From the NCBI GenBank assembly GCA_038213805.1, contig JBBQSO010000042.1, forward strand, positions 1-45,092: a stretch of DNA of 45,092 nucleotides. Reading direction: 5' to 3'. Of this stretch, positions 17,817 through 26,953 are shown one piece after another. The notes beneath the pieces were generated by a model. The model saw only the letters and a list, made by a program, of their open reading frames with translations. It was not told where the DNA came from and ran no database searches. The first letter of the stretch is position 1. Each line of letters begins with the position of its first letter. The position numbers were made by a program, and so were the translations under genes. This DNA comes from Planctomycetota bacterium (GTDB taxonomy: Bacteria; Planctomycetota; UBA11346).

Positions 17817-19505
17817 TCAGAACCGTGGGGTGACTGCTTGCCAGGTGGTGCCGAGGCGCACCTCGTCGATGGAGTAGGCGCGCTCGGTGCCGTTGTAGAT
17901 GTGCAGCGAACCGAGCACGCCCGGGAAGCGGCCGGCCTGGCCGACCACCGTCCAGTGCGCGGGCTCGTAGGCGTCGACCACCTCGCGCTGGCCATAGACC
18001 TTGAGGAAGGTCTGGCCCGGCGCGCCGCGCGCGCAGCTGAGCTTGAGCACGCACAGGTACGGCTGGCCATCGATGAGCGGCGACGCGGCGACGCTGTTGC
18101 CGAACCGGCCGATCAGCTCGGGCCGGCCGTCGCTGAGCACACCGAAGCCCAGTCGGTCGGCGGGTACGGTCTCAGAGATCAGCATGCAGCGCAGCCAGTG
18201 GTGGGTCGGCCCGGCGGTGGTGGCGCTGCGCCGCACCAGCAGGCTGAGATAGCGCACCACGTCGCCATCGAGGTGGATGGGCTCGGCGAACCGGCGCATG
18301 CAGGCGTCGCGGTAGGTATCGGGTTTCTCCGGCTCAGTGGGCAGCTCCATGGTGCCGCCCTGACCTGGGCGCAGGCCGACGGGCGCGTCCAGGCTGGCGC
18401 CCGGGGTGAAGTCGAGGACCAGGTCGTTGTCCGGCTGCTGACGGAACCACGGCGAGCGCCAGCCGAAGCCGCCAGCAGCCTGGTGCTGCCGGCTGGTGGT
18501 GGTGGCGAAGGGGTAGGCGAAGCCGTCGTAGCTGAGCAGGCCATCCGGCCGCTCCGCCGCGCCCGCTTCAGACTGGGCGATGCGCGCGGCGATGGACGGC
18601 GCGGAGCACGCCAGCGGTTCGCCGGTGCGGTCGCTGGACGTGCGCACGCGCAGGGCCTGGCCGGCGTGCAGCATGGTGCCCGGGCCGGCGGCCGGCGCTT
18701 CGAGAGCGCGCCAGGCGATGTCGCCTTCCAGCACCTGCAGCGTGGTCGCGCCGCCAGGCTCGACGCTGAGCGCGAACTCGGTGCCGAGGTCGGTGACCTC
18801 GGCCACCGGCGAGCGCAGGATGAAGCCGGCGGCCTGGGCCGCGGCGCGCAGCGTCACCGTACCGCGGCGTACCAGCGCGCTGCCGCCGGATTCCAGGCGC
18901 AGCGCCACCGGCGCGTCGAGCAGGGCCTCGGCGCCGCCGGCGAAGCGCAACAGAGCTTGGCCGACCGACAGTTCCAAATCGCCGACCGCCAGGCGCTGGC
19001 CGGTGGCGAGGGCGGCACCCTGCCAGCGCGCGCCGTCGATCAGCACCAGGGTGGCGACGGCCGCGCTGTCCGTCGGCAGCGCGGGCGGCGTGGCATCCGG
19101 CCGCGGTGTCGCGACGCCGGGGCGCAGCAGCAACGCGGCGGCGAGCAGGCTGGCGGCGAGTGCGGCGAACGGCCAGCCCGGCAGGCGCCGCGCCGGCACG
19201 GCGACCGGCAGCGGCACCACGATCGGCTGGGCTGGGGTCAGACGCAGCTGCACCTGCGCGGCGAAGCTGCGGCCCTCGGCGGCGACGCGCGCCCTGGTCG
19301 CCTGCACGAAGCGGCCTGTCTCCTCGCGCTGCAGCGCGAGGCCGAGCAGGCGGTGCTCGACATAGAGGTCGCCCGCGTGCGCCGCGGCCGCGGGGTCCTC
19401 GCGCAGCAGGCGCTCGAGCGCCTCGGCCTGCGCGGGCTCCAGGCCGCCGTCGAGGAAGGCCTGCCACAGCGCGGCGAATTCAGGGGCGGGCGCGTCCGGC
19501 ATCAC
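17817..19505 (-). CDS. FecR-domain anti-sigma factor with C-terminal beta-sandwich domain, ~562 aa
   Basis: N-terminal helical LDGGLEPAQAEALERLLREDP, TM segment WPFAALAASLLAAALLL, FecR motif VTDLGTEFALSV...LQVLEG, C-terminal ...IDEVRLGTTW. Its start overlaps the sigma factor stop. Confidence 0.85.
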   Translation of the reverse strand: MMPDAPAPEFAALWQAFLDGGLEPAQAEALERLLREDPAAAAHAGDLYVEHRLLGLALQREETGRFVQATRARVAAEGRSFAAQVQLRLTPAQPIVVPLPVAVPARRLPGWPFAALAASLLAAALLLRPGVATPRPDATPPALPTDSAAVATLVLIDGARWQGAALATGQRLAVGDLELSVGQALLRFAGGAEALLDAPVALRLESGGSALVRRGTVTLRAAAQAAGFILRSPVAEVTDLGTEFALSVEPGGATTLQVLEGDIAWRALEAPAAGPGTMLHAGQALRVRTSSDRTGEPLACSAPSIAARIAQSEAGAAERPDGLLSYDGFAYPFATTTSRQHQAAGGFGWRSPWFRQQPDNDLVLDFTPGASLDAPVGLRPGQGGTMELPTEPEKPDTYRDACMRRFAEPIHLDGDVVRYLSLLVRRSATTAGPTHHWLRCMLISETVPADRLGFGVLSDGRPELIGRFGNSVAASPLIDGQPYLCVLKLSCARGAPGQTFLKVYGQREVVDAYEPAHWTVVGQAGRFPGVLGSLHIYNGTERAYSIDEVRLGTTWQAVTPRF

Positions 19506-20074
19506 GGCTCCTGGCGCGCCAGGCGGCGCAGCAAGCAGGAGTGCAGGCGCTCGCGCAGCAGAAACAGGTGCTTCTTGATCGCGCCCTCGCTGCGCGCGCG
19601 CTGGTCGGCGATCTGCTGCAAGGGCAGTTCGTCGGCGTAGCGCGCCGTGAGCAGCGCGCGCGCGTCGTCATCCAGACCCGCCAGACAGGCGCGCAGCGCG
19701 GCGAGGCGCTCGTCCTCGTGCTCGTCGGGGGCCAGCGCGCGGCGCTCCAGCTCCTGCCACAGCGCGTGCGGCACGTAGCGCTCGCGCTGGTCGGCGAGGC
19801 GCCGCAGGCGGGTCAGTTCCGCCATCACCTGGTAGCGCGCGATGGTGAACAGCCAGGCGCGGAAGTCGCCACCGACGCTGTAGCGCCCGAGGTTCTTGAA
19901 GGCCTCCACGAAGGTCGCCTGGGCGACGTCGTCGGCATCCGCGCCAGCCGGGCAGCGCGCCGTGATCCACGCGCGCACCGCCCATTCGCAGGCGCGCACC
20001 AGCGCTCCGAACGCTTCCGCATCGCCCGCCTGGGCGCGCAGGACGAGGGCATCGGTGGCGGCAGGGTCGAGCAT
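19502..20074 (-). CDS. ECF sigma-70 family RNA polymerase sigma factor, 190 aa
   Basis: LVLRAQAGDAEAFGALV, ADDVAQATF, FRAWLFTIAR (region 2). CLAGL...LQQIADQRARSEGAIKKHLFLLRERL (region 4). Confidence 0.95.
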   Translation of the reverse strand: MLDPAATDALVLRAQAGDAEAFGALVRACEWAVRAWITARCPAGADADDVAQATFVEAFKNLGRYSVGGDFRAWLFTIARYQVMAELTRLRRLADQRERYVPHALWQELERRALAPDEHEDERLAALRACLAGLDDDARALLTARYADELPLQQIADQRARSEGAIKKHLFLLRERLHSCLLRRLARQEP

Positions 20075-20155
20075 GGTCCGTCCCAGGGATAGCGCGGGGG
20101 CGGGGGAGGTTACCCTCGGATCGGTGGTGCTGGGGAAGCGGTTGGGGAAAGGGGC

Positions 20156-20182
20156 TTACGACGGAGGCACGCTGGGATTTGC
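20156..20182 (-). promoter_or_regulatory. Candidate ECF autoregulatory promoter GCAAAT-N16-CGTAA
   Basis: Resembles the AAC-N16-CGTA pattern, ~80 nt upstream of the sigma gene. The -35 is imperfect. Confidence 0.3.
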
Positions 20183-20279
20183 GCTGCGTACCGCAGCAGC
20201 TGCGCGGTGGTGGTGGCGATGCGGCTTCCTCCGCACGCGAACGCGCCCCGCACCGCGCACCGCACACCGGTCGCGAAAT

Positions 20280-23200
20280 CTACTCCGGCCGCGCCGCCCA
20301 CGTCGCCGTCAACGGCTTGCCCGCCGCATCCAGCAGCTCGCAGTACATCCCCCACCCGCCGCCGCCCTGCATGACCTTGAACAGCACCTGGTTCCACCCC
20401 GCCTTCAGTTCCACCGGCACCTTCACCGCACCCGGAGCTGCGCCGTGGCTGCCGCGGTCATCCTGCACCTGGAGGCCGTTGAACCACGCCTTGCCGCCAT
20501 CGTCAGTGCCGAAGGCGAGCGTCGCGCTGCCGGGCTTCAGGGTGCGCACCCACGCGGCGGCATAGGCGCAGACGTTGTCGTGCTGCGGAAAGGCCGCACT
20601 CAGGTCGAGGTAACCCTGGGCGTCGGTGGTCAGCTGGCGCCAGCGCTGCTCGTTGCCCATGCGGTCGACGGTCGCCTTGGCGAGGTCGACGCCGGCCTCG
20701 GGGCCGAAGTCGTGGTCGATCTCCGGCGCAAAGGTTCCGAGCACCGCCCAGCGGCGCACGCCCAGGTCCTGGCTTGCAGTCATCACGACGTGGTCGGCGG
20801 TCACCGTCCACTGCGCGGTCCAGGTGCCGGCGGCAAGGTCGATGCCGGGCACCTGCACGGCGATGGTGGCGGACTGGCCCGGCGCGATGGCGGGGAAGTC
20901 CTGCTCGACCGGCTGGGCGGTGGCCGGCCCGCGCAGGACGAGGCGCACGCGTCCGGCAAGCGGCTGGGCCGCGCCGGAATGCAGCGCGATGGCCAGGGTC
21001 TGACCCTTCGCGTCGAGCGCGCCCGGAGCCTGTGGGGCAAGGGTCAACGGCGGCGCCACCACCAGCGTCGCCCAGGCGACGTCGAGCGGTGCGCCCTCGC
21101 CAGTACGCAGCGTCACGTCGATCGGCGTGGCGCCGGCCGGCAGATCCGCCGGCGGGGTCAGGGTGACCGCGATCTGCACGGCCTTGCCCGCCACGATCGC
21201 CACCGGCGCATCCGCGGGGCTCGCCGTCCAGCCCGCCGGCGGCGCCACGTGCACCGTCGCGCTGCGCGGCGCGCCCGGTCCAGGCGTGACCGTGACGGTG
21301 AGCACGGTGCTGGCGAAAGCCGCCGTGCGCTGCGGCACGTCCAGCGCCGCGCTGACCGTCACCGTCGGCGGCGGACCATAGACCGCGATCTCGCGCAGCA
21401 TCAGCTTGCTGGGCACGGCGTTGCCCCAGGCGCGCGTGCTGGCGTCGGGCAGGAAGCCGTGCGTGGCGCGGCGCGCGATCACGCGCACGCCGTCGGCGAC
21501 CACCGCAGGGAAGGCGTCGCAGTGGCGGTTGTCGTCGAGCAGCCAGGTGGCATAGCGGCAGCCGACCGTGGCCAGCGACTCGCTCGGCGCACAGGCGCTG
21601 CGCACTTCGCGCACCGTGGTCCAGGCGCCCGCACTGCGCACCTGCAGATCGTAGTCGAGCAGCGCGCAGAAGCCGTTGTCGGCGTGCAGGCCGTAGAGCA
21701 CCACGTGGTCGATGCGGCGCGGCTGATCGAAGGTCAGGTCGAGGGTCTGCGGCGCTGCCGTCAGATCGCCGCTCCACAGCGCCTTACCGTCGGTGCCGCC
21801 AGTGGGATTCCCGGCCTGCCAGGTCTGCAGCACGCCATCGGTCAGCGTGGCGGGATCGCCCTCGGCCGCGCCCGACCAGGCGAGATGCGCGCGCGGCGCG
21901 TGGTTGCGGCCAAAATCCTGGCGCACCGGCTGCGCCGTGCGGCCGGGCGCGAGGCGCACGTAGGTGGCGAGCTGGCCGACGTCGAGGCGCAGCGTGCCGC
22001 CGCTGGGCTTGAGCGCGCGCAGGTTGCCGAAAGCGTCGACCGCCTCGACCGACGCATCGCCACCGCTGACCGTGAGTGCGAGCGGCAGCGGCTCCAGGCC
22101 GAGATTGCGCAGCACCAGCACCTCGCCGGCGGCGCTGGCGTAGCGCAGGCCGAGAAACAATTCATTGCCCGGATCGCCGAAGTCGAGCGCGCCGGCGTAG
22201 GCGCGGCCGGCAGTCAGCGCCTGGCGCACGCGCTGGGTGAAGACCGCGGGGTGCGGACCGTTGCCCGACCACACCCAGCTCGGGCAGTCGCCGAAGCCGT
22301 GGTCGTTGACGTAGAAGTGGTTGTCGTGCTCGGGCGGGATGCCCAGGCTGGCCATCAGGTCGACGTGCAGCCCCAGGCGCGCGGCCTGCGCGCCACCCAT
22401 CCAGTTCTCGCCGCGCACACCGCTGATCGCGCGCTCGGTCTGCCAGACCTCCTTGCCGCCATCGCCGTATTTCGCCATCAGCGCGCGCAGCGCGCCGACC
22501 TTCCAGCGCCAATGCGTCGGGTCGATGCTCTCGTGACCCTCGTAGTCGTGCAGCGAGAGGATGTCGACCAGGTCCTTGCCGCCCTCCTTGTAGAAAGCCT
22601 CGTACCAGCCCAGGTCGATGCCGCAGACATTGGGGCCCATGACGCGCGCGGCCGGATCGATTTCCTTGATCACTGCGCGCGCGGCCTTCAGCGTGGCCAC
22701 GTAGTCGTGCGGATTGAAGGTGAAGTTCGGTTCGTTCATCACCTCCCAGATCGGCACCTTGCCCTTGAAGCGGGTGACGATGGTGCGCACCGCATCGGGC
22801 TGGCAGTCCTTCTTGTCGGAGAGCTGGACGAACCAGGTGCAGCCGCTGGCCTGGGCTGCGGTGATCTGCTTCTCAAGCTCGTCCAGGCGCTGCGGTTCGT
22901 TGACCGCGTGCAGGCGCTGGTTGATCAGCCCGGCGAAGGCGTTGCGCATGGGATCGGTGGCGCCACCGGGCGGTGTGTCGCGCTCAAGGGCGACCAGCCC
23001 GGCATAGCGCTGGGTGACACCGATGAACTGCGCGCTGGTGCCGAGTTCGACGCCGCCGCTGGTCCACGCACACTCGACCAGGCACCAGCCGTAGGCCGCC
23101 GGCGTGAAGGCCAGTTCCTGACGCGCCTCGGCACCATCGACCAGGTCGAGATCGAAGGCGCCGGCCGCCAGTTCGTGGCGCAGGGTGTCGAGCACGCGCC

Positions 23201-24404
23201 ACGCACCGTGCGCACGGTGCACCCGGCGCTCCGCCTTGCCCACCAGCGCTGTGATGCGGATCGGCGCGAGGTCATAGGCCACGCCGCTGGGCAGGTCGAC
23301 GGTCAGCGCCGGGTTGAAGCCCAGCGCCAACACCTGACGCTGGGTGACCCCGGCGCGCTGCGGATCGAAGAAGTCTGTGGCCACACGCAGCACCGCCGGC
23401 GCCGGGCGGTAGTAGGCGAAGTTGGGATTGTCGCGCGCAAACTCGTGCGCTGCGCCGACCCACAGCCGCCCGGTGGGATCGATCGCCAGCGGGGTGTAGC
23501 CGCTGTGCACACTCCACGGGTCGGCCCAGCGGAACTGCCCTTCGCGCGCGGTGACCGTGGCCAGATCCGGGCTGTAGCGCAGCAGGTGGCCGGGATTGCC
23601 GAAGGTCCACGCGTACAGCGCACCGTCCGCACCGACCGCGATGCTATGCAGCGGCTCGCTGCCGTCGGCGCTGCGCGTCTCGCTGGCGGCGCCGATCACC
23701 GTCACCAGCTTCCCGGTGGGATCGACGCGGTAGAGCTGGTGGCGGCTCGCGAGGATCCACAGGTCGCCCGTGGGATCGGCGGCGACGTCGACGACATCGC
23801 TGAGCGGGCGCTGCAGCGGGATCGGCGCACCCAGGGCGCCGTCCGCGCCGATGACGTCGATGTGGTCGGCGGCGACGCGCTCATCGCCGCCGGCGAGCAC
23901 GGCGAAGCGCGTGACGCCGCCGGCCGGCCAGGCGGTGATCGCCAGCGCGTGCGGGATGGCGACGGGCGGCAGCGCCGCGCCAGCGGCGCTGAAGCGCTGC
24001 ACGCGGTCGGCGCGCGGCTGGGTGACGTAGATGGTGCCGTCGGCGCCGAGCGCCAGGCGCTGCGGATCCTGATGGTCGCCGAGCGCGGCATCGCGCACGT
24101 CGACCTGGCGCAGCGGTTTGCCGGTCTGGTCAAAGGTCTGCACGCGGCCGTTGCCGGTGACGCCGCCCCCCTGGCGGGCGCGCTCCTGGCCTTCGAGCAC
24201 ATACAGGATGCCCTTGGCGTCGAAGGCAAGATCACGCAGCTCGTGGAACTGCCCCGGCTGGTCGCCGGGACCGCCGAAGTCGATGTCCGACCCCTCAGCC
24301 GCCCCCAGACTCGTCGTTAATGGCGCCAGGATCAACCCCAGAGCAACGGCCAAGGCTAGTCTGGACAGAGCGTTGCGAGGATTGTCGCAGGGATCGATGG
24401 GCAT
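20280..24404 (-). CDS. Large secreted multidomain glycoside hydrolase: NHL propeller + clan GH-A barrel + discoidin-like + NEW3-like + PA14-like beta domain, ~1374 aa
   Basis: Signal peptide ending LILAPLTTSLGA. NHL repeat FGGPGDQPGQFHELRDLAFD...NGRVQTFD. Barrel motifs WEVMNEPN, DILSLHDY, EVWQTE. Then LTDG...LTFDQPRRIDHVVLY...LREIAVYG, VAPPAGWTASP, and GTDDGGKAWFNG...LKAGWNQVLFK. Confidence 0.8.
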   Translation of the reverse strand: MPIDPCDNPRNALSRLALAVALGLILAPLTTSLGAAEGSDIDFGGPGDQPGQFHELRDLAFDAKGILYVLEGQERARQGGGVTGNGRVQTFDQTGKPLRQVDVRDAALGDHQDPQRLALGADGTIYVTQPRADRVQRFSAAGAALPPVAIPHALAITAWPAGGVTRFAVLAGGDERVAADHIDVIGADGALGAPIPLQRPLSDVVDVAADPTGDLWILASRHQLYRVDPTGKLVTVIGAASETRSADGSEPLHSIAVGADGALYAWTFGNPGHLLRYSPDLATVTAREGQFRWADPWSVHSGYTPLAIDPTGRLWVGAAHEFARDNPNFAYYRPAPAVLRVATDFFDPQRAGVTQRQVLALGFNPALTVDLPSGVAYDLAPIRITALVGKAERRVHRAHGAWRVLDTLRHELAAGAFDLDLVDGAEARQELAFTPAAYGWCLVECAWTSGGVELGTSAQFIGVTQRYAGLVALERDTPPGGATDPMRNAFAGLINQRLHAVNEPQRLDELEKQITAAQASGCTWFVQLSDKKDCQPDAVRTIVTRFKGKVPIWEVMNEPNFTFNPHDYVATLKAARAVIKEIDPAARVMGPNVCGIDLGWYEAFYKEGGKDLVDILSLHDYEGHESIDPTHWRWKVGALRALMAKYGDGGKEVWQTERAISGVRGENWMGGAQAARLGLHVDLMASLGIPPEHDNHFYVNDHGFGDCPSWVWSGNGPHPAVFTQRVRQALTAGRAYAGALDFGDPGNELFLGLRYASAAGEVLVLRNLGLEPLPLALTVSGGDASVEAVDAFGNLRALKPSGGTLRLDVGQLATYVRLAPGRTAQPVRQDFGRNHAPRAHLAWSGAAEGDPATLTDGVLQTWQAGNPTGGTDGKALWSGDLTAAPQTLDLTFDQPRRIDHVVLYGLHADNGFCALLDYDLQVRSAGAWTTVREVRSACAPSESLATVGCRYATWLLDDNRHCDAFPAVVADGVRVIARRATHGFLPDASTRAWGNAVPSKLMLREIAVYGPPPTVTVSAALDVPQRTAAFASTVLTVTVTPGPGAPRSATVHVAPPAGWTASPADAPVAIVAGKAVQIAVTLTPPADLPAGATPIDVTLRTGEGAPLDVAWATLVVAPPLTLAPQAPGALDAKGQTLAIALHSGAAQPLAGRVRLVLRGPATAQPVEQDFPAIAPGQSATIAVQVPGIDLAAGTWTAQWTVTADHVVMTASQDLGVRRWAVLGTFAPEIDHDFGPEAGVDLAKATVDRMGNEQRWRQLTTDAQGYLDLSAAFPQHDNVCAYAAAWVRTLKPGSATLAFGTDDGGKAWFNGLQVQDDRGSHGAAPGAVKVPVELKAGWNQVLFKVMQGGGGWGMYCELLDAAGKPLTATWAARPE

Positions 24405-24478
24405 GGCATTCTCCGCGGCGGTGGCCGTGATCAACTCATTGAGTCTTATGAATGTCTCATATGCGACGCTGTGACGCC

Positions 24479-25609
24479 TCAGGCTGGCGCCGGCCCACTT
24501 GAGGCGCGCTCGACCACGAAGGTGGGCAGCAAACGCGAGCGCCGTTCCGCACCGCTGACGAAAAGCAGTTCGACGGCGTGCGCGCCCAGCCCGGCGCGGT
24601 CGACGGCCACCGTCGTCAGGGCCGGCGTGCACACCTGGGCGGCGAGGATGTCGTCGTAGCCGGTGACGCTGACCGCGCCCGGCACGGCGATGCCGTGCTC
24701 GTGCAGCCAGCGCAGCGCACCCACCGCCATCAAATCGTTGCCGCACACCAGCGCGGTCGGCCGCGGCGTGCGGGCCATGGCCACCGCCGCGGCGGCATGG
24801 CCCGCCTCAAGCGAGCCGCCGACCGCCAGCGGGCTATCGACCACCACCGGCACGAGGCCGGCCGCGGCCATGGTGGTGGTGAAGGCCTCGCGCACCGCGC
24901 GCCAGTGCGGGGTGCGCTCGCCACTGTGCAGATGGACGAGACGGCGGTGGCCGAGCGCGAGCAGGCGCCCGACCAGGGCGGCGGCACCGGCGTGCTCCTC
25001 GGGCTGTACCGACGGCAGACCCGCGACCTCCAGATTCACGGTGGCCACCGGCAGGCCGAGCGCGGCGAAGGCGGTGGCGCGTTCCGCCGCGCCATCGCCG
25101 ACCACCGCCACCACGCCGACCACGCGCGCGCCACCCGCGCGCGCCACCGCCGCGGCCACGTCGCGCTCGCCGGGGTCGTCGACCAGCACCGCGCAGCCGC
25201 GCGCCTGCGCCGCGCGCAGCGCGCCGGCATAGATGTCGCGGAAGAAGATCGCGTCCCAGCCGCTGAGCGCGTCCAGCCCCCAGCCCGCGAACAGCACCAG
25301 ACCGGGGCCCGCGGGCGTGGCCAGCGCGGCGCCCTTGGCCGAGACCCGGCTGCCGCTGCCGTGCTTGCGCGCCAGCAGCCCCGCGTCGACCAGCGCGCCC
25401 ACCGCCTGACGCACCGTCAGCAGGCTGAGCCCGCTGGCGGCGACCAGGGCGCTGTCGGAATAGTAGCGGTCGCCGGCGGCGAAGCGCCCGGCCCGGAGTT
25501 CGGCGCGCAGGCGTTCGGCGAGCTGGTGGTAGAGCGGCAGCGGGCTGGCGCGCTCCAGCTCCAGGGCGGGCGGCACGGGCGCGGCCTGGGGCGTGGAGCG
25601 GCGGGGCAT
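24479..25609 (-). CDS. GntR winged-HTH + LacI-type sugar-binding domain regulator (AraR-like architecture), 376 aa
   Basis: PLYHQLAERLRAELRAGRFAAGD...GLSLLTVRQAVGALVDAGLL. C-terminal LGHRR, PTALVCGNDLMAVG, VPGAVSVTGYDD, PALTTV. Confidence 0.9.
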   Translation of the reverse strand: MPRRSTPQAAPVPPALELERASPLPLYHQLAERLRAELRAGRFAAGDRYYSDSALVAASGLSLLTVRQAVGALVDAGLLARKHGSGSRVSAKGAALATPAGPGLVLFAGWGLDALSGWDAIFFRDIYAGALRAAQARGCAVLVDDPGERDVAAAVARAGGARVVGVVAVVGDGAAERATAFAALGLPVATVNLEVAGLPSVQPEEHAGAAALVGRLLALGHRRLVHLHSGERTPHWRAVREAFTTTMAAAGLVPVVVDSPLAVGGSLEAGHAAAAVAMARTPRPTALVCGNDLMAVGALRWLHEHGIAVPGAVSVTGYDDILAAQVCTPALTTVAVDRAGLGAHAVELLFVSGAERRSRLLPTFVVERASSGPAPA

Positions 25610-25742
25610 GGCTGTGCATGCTCCGAGTCCGAGTTGGCGGTCAATAGTCCTTCCTGTTTATGAATGAGTTTGTCGAAACACGCCGCGACCGGAGTTCTGC
25701 CAGGGCATCTTCGCCGACTGCGGAGGGGTGGCGCGGACTTCC

Positions 25743-25769
25743 GTTGAAAATTTTCAGAAAATTTTCAAC
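25743..25769. promoter_or_regulatory. 27 bp AT-rich palindrome, probable operator
   Basis: GTTGAAAATTTTC-A-GAAAATTTTCAAC, perfect 13 bp arms, between two divergent regulator genes. Confidence 0.7.
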
Positions 25770-25807
25770 ATCTTCGCCGACCTGCCGTATCACCGCGCGG
25801 AATCCCC

Positions 25808-26893
25808 ATGACCGTCACCCTCGCCGCCGTCAGCCAGCGTTCCGGATATTCGCTCGCGACCGTGTCGCGGGTGGTCAATGGCGGCGATGGGGTGCGGAAA
25901 GAGGTCCAGGAGCGCGTCGCCGTCGCCATCCGCGAGCTCGGCTTCGTGGCGCGCCGGCCGCGCGTGCCCGCAGTCGCGGCGCGCACCGTCGACGTCATCC
26001 TGCACCGCCAGACGCCGCTCGAGCAGGTCGCGCTCGATGGTGCGGCGCTCAGCGTCGGACCGCTGACCGCGGCTGCAGGCGAGACCCTGCTGACCGGGCC
26101 GTGGAAGCTCAGCAACGATTTCTACCGGCAGATCCTCGACGGCATCCTCGCCGAGCTGGCGGTGCACGGACACAAGGCCCTCCTGCAGGTCGCCCACGAC
26201 CTGAGCGCGCCGGAGCTGCTCGCCGAGGCCGCCGATGCGACCCTCGGCGTGCTGCTGCTGGGCGAGAGCGGCAGCGGACTGGAGCGCTTCATTGCCGCCT
26301 GTCCGCGCCCGCTGGTGCTGGTCGACATCCTGCACCCGGGTGGCCCCGACCAGGTGACCACCGACAATCTGGGCGGCATCGGCCAGGCCTTCGAACACCT
26401 CATCAGTCTCGGTCACCGCGACATCGGCTACGTCGGAACCGAACAGGGCCTGGCCGCCAAGGAGCGCGCCCGCGCCTTCGCCATCCACCGCCAGCGCCTG
26501 GGCCTGCCCGCGCCGGCCGGCTGGGTGCTGCTAGGTGACAGCCACATCGAGCGCACCAGCGCGGCGGTGGCGGCGCTGCTGGCCCGCCCGCAGCGGCCCA
26601 CCGCGCTGATCTGCGCCAACGATTCGATCGCCATCGGCGTGTTGCGCGCCGCCGAGCGTTGCGACCTGCGCGTGCCGCACGACCTCAGCGTGGTCGGCTT
26701 CGACGATGTCGAGGTCGCCGCGCTGCTGACCCCGGCGCTGACCAGCGTGCGCGTCGCCATGCACGGCATCGGCCGCGCCGCGGTGCGCCAGCTGCTCGGC
26801 CGGCGCACCCGCCCGACGGTCGAGGACCCCGGCTGTACCGTGCGCCTGCCCACCACTTTGATGGTACGCTCCTCATCCGGACCGCGGCCGTAA
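25808..26893 (+). CDS. LacI family transcriptional regulator, 361 aa
   Basis: VTLAAVSQRSGYSLATVSRVVNG HTH, HLISLGHRDIGYVG, PTALICANDSIAIG, VPHDLSVVGFDD, PALTSV. Confidence 0.95.
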   Translation: MTVTLAAVSQRSGYSLATVSRVVNGGDGVRKEVQERVAVAIRELGFVARRPRVPAVAARTVDVILHRQTPLEQVALDGAALSVGPLTAAAGETLLTGPWKLSNDFYRQILDGILAELAVHGHKALLQVAHDLSAPELLAEAADATLGVLLLGESGSGLERFIAACPRPLVLVDILHPGGPDQVTTDNLGGIGQAFEHLISLGHRDIGYVGTEQGLAAKERARAFAIHRQRLGLPAPAGWVLLGDSHIERTSAAVAALLARPQRPTALICANDSIAIGVLRAAERCDLRVPHDLSVVGFDDVEVAALLTPALTSVRVAMHGIGRAAVRQLLGRRTRPTVEDPGCTVRLPTTLMVRSSSGPRP

Positions 26894-26953
26894 CGGACGC
26901 AGATGCGCTTTTGACCTGACTTGCCGTCTCCTTCAATCCCCGTTGAGCACCCC

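Noticed and set aside
19896..24320. Very long antisense ORFs (19896-24320 +, 4053-7469 +, 30403-34089 -, 26933-29776 -, 63-1712 + and others)
   Set aside because: They mirror recognisable genes on the opposite strand, have no family motifs and are expected from high-GC codon bias that depletes stop codons.
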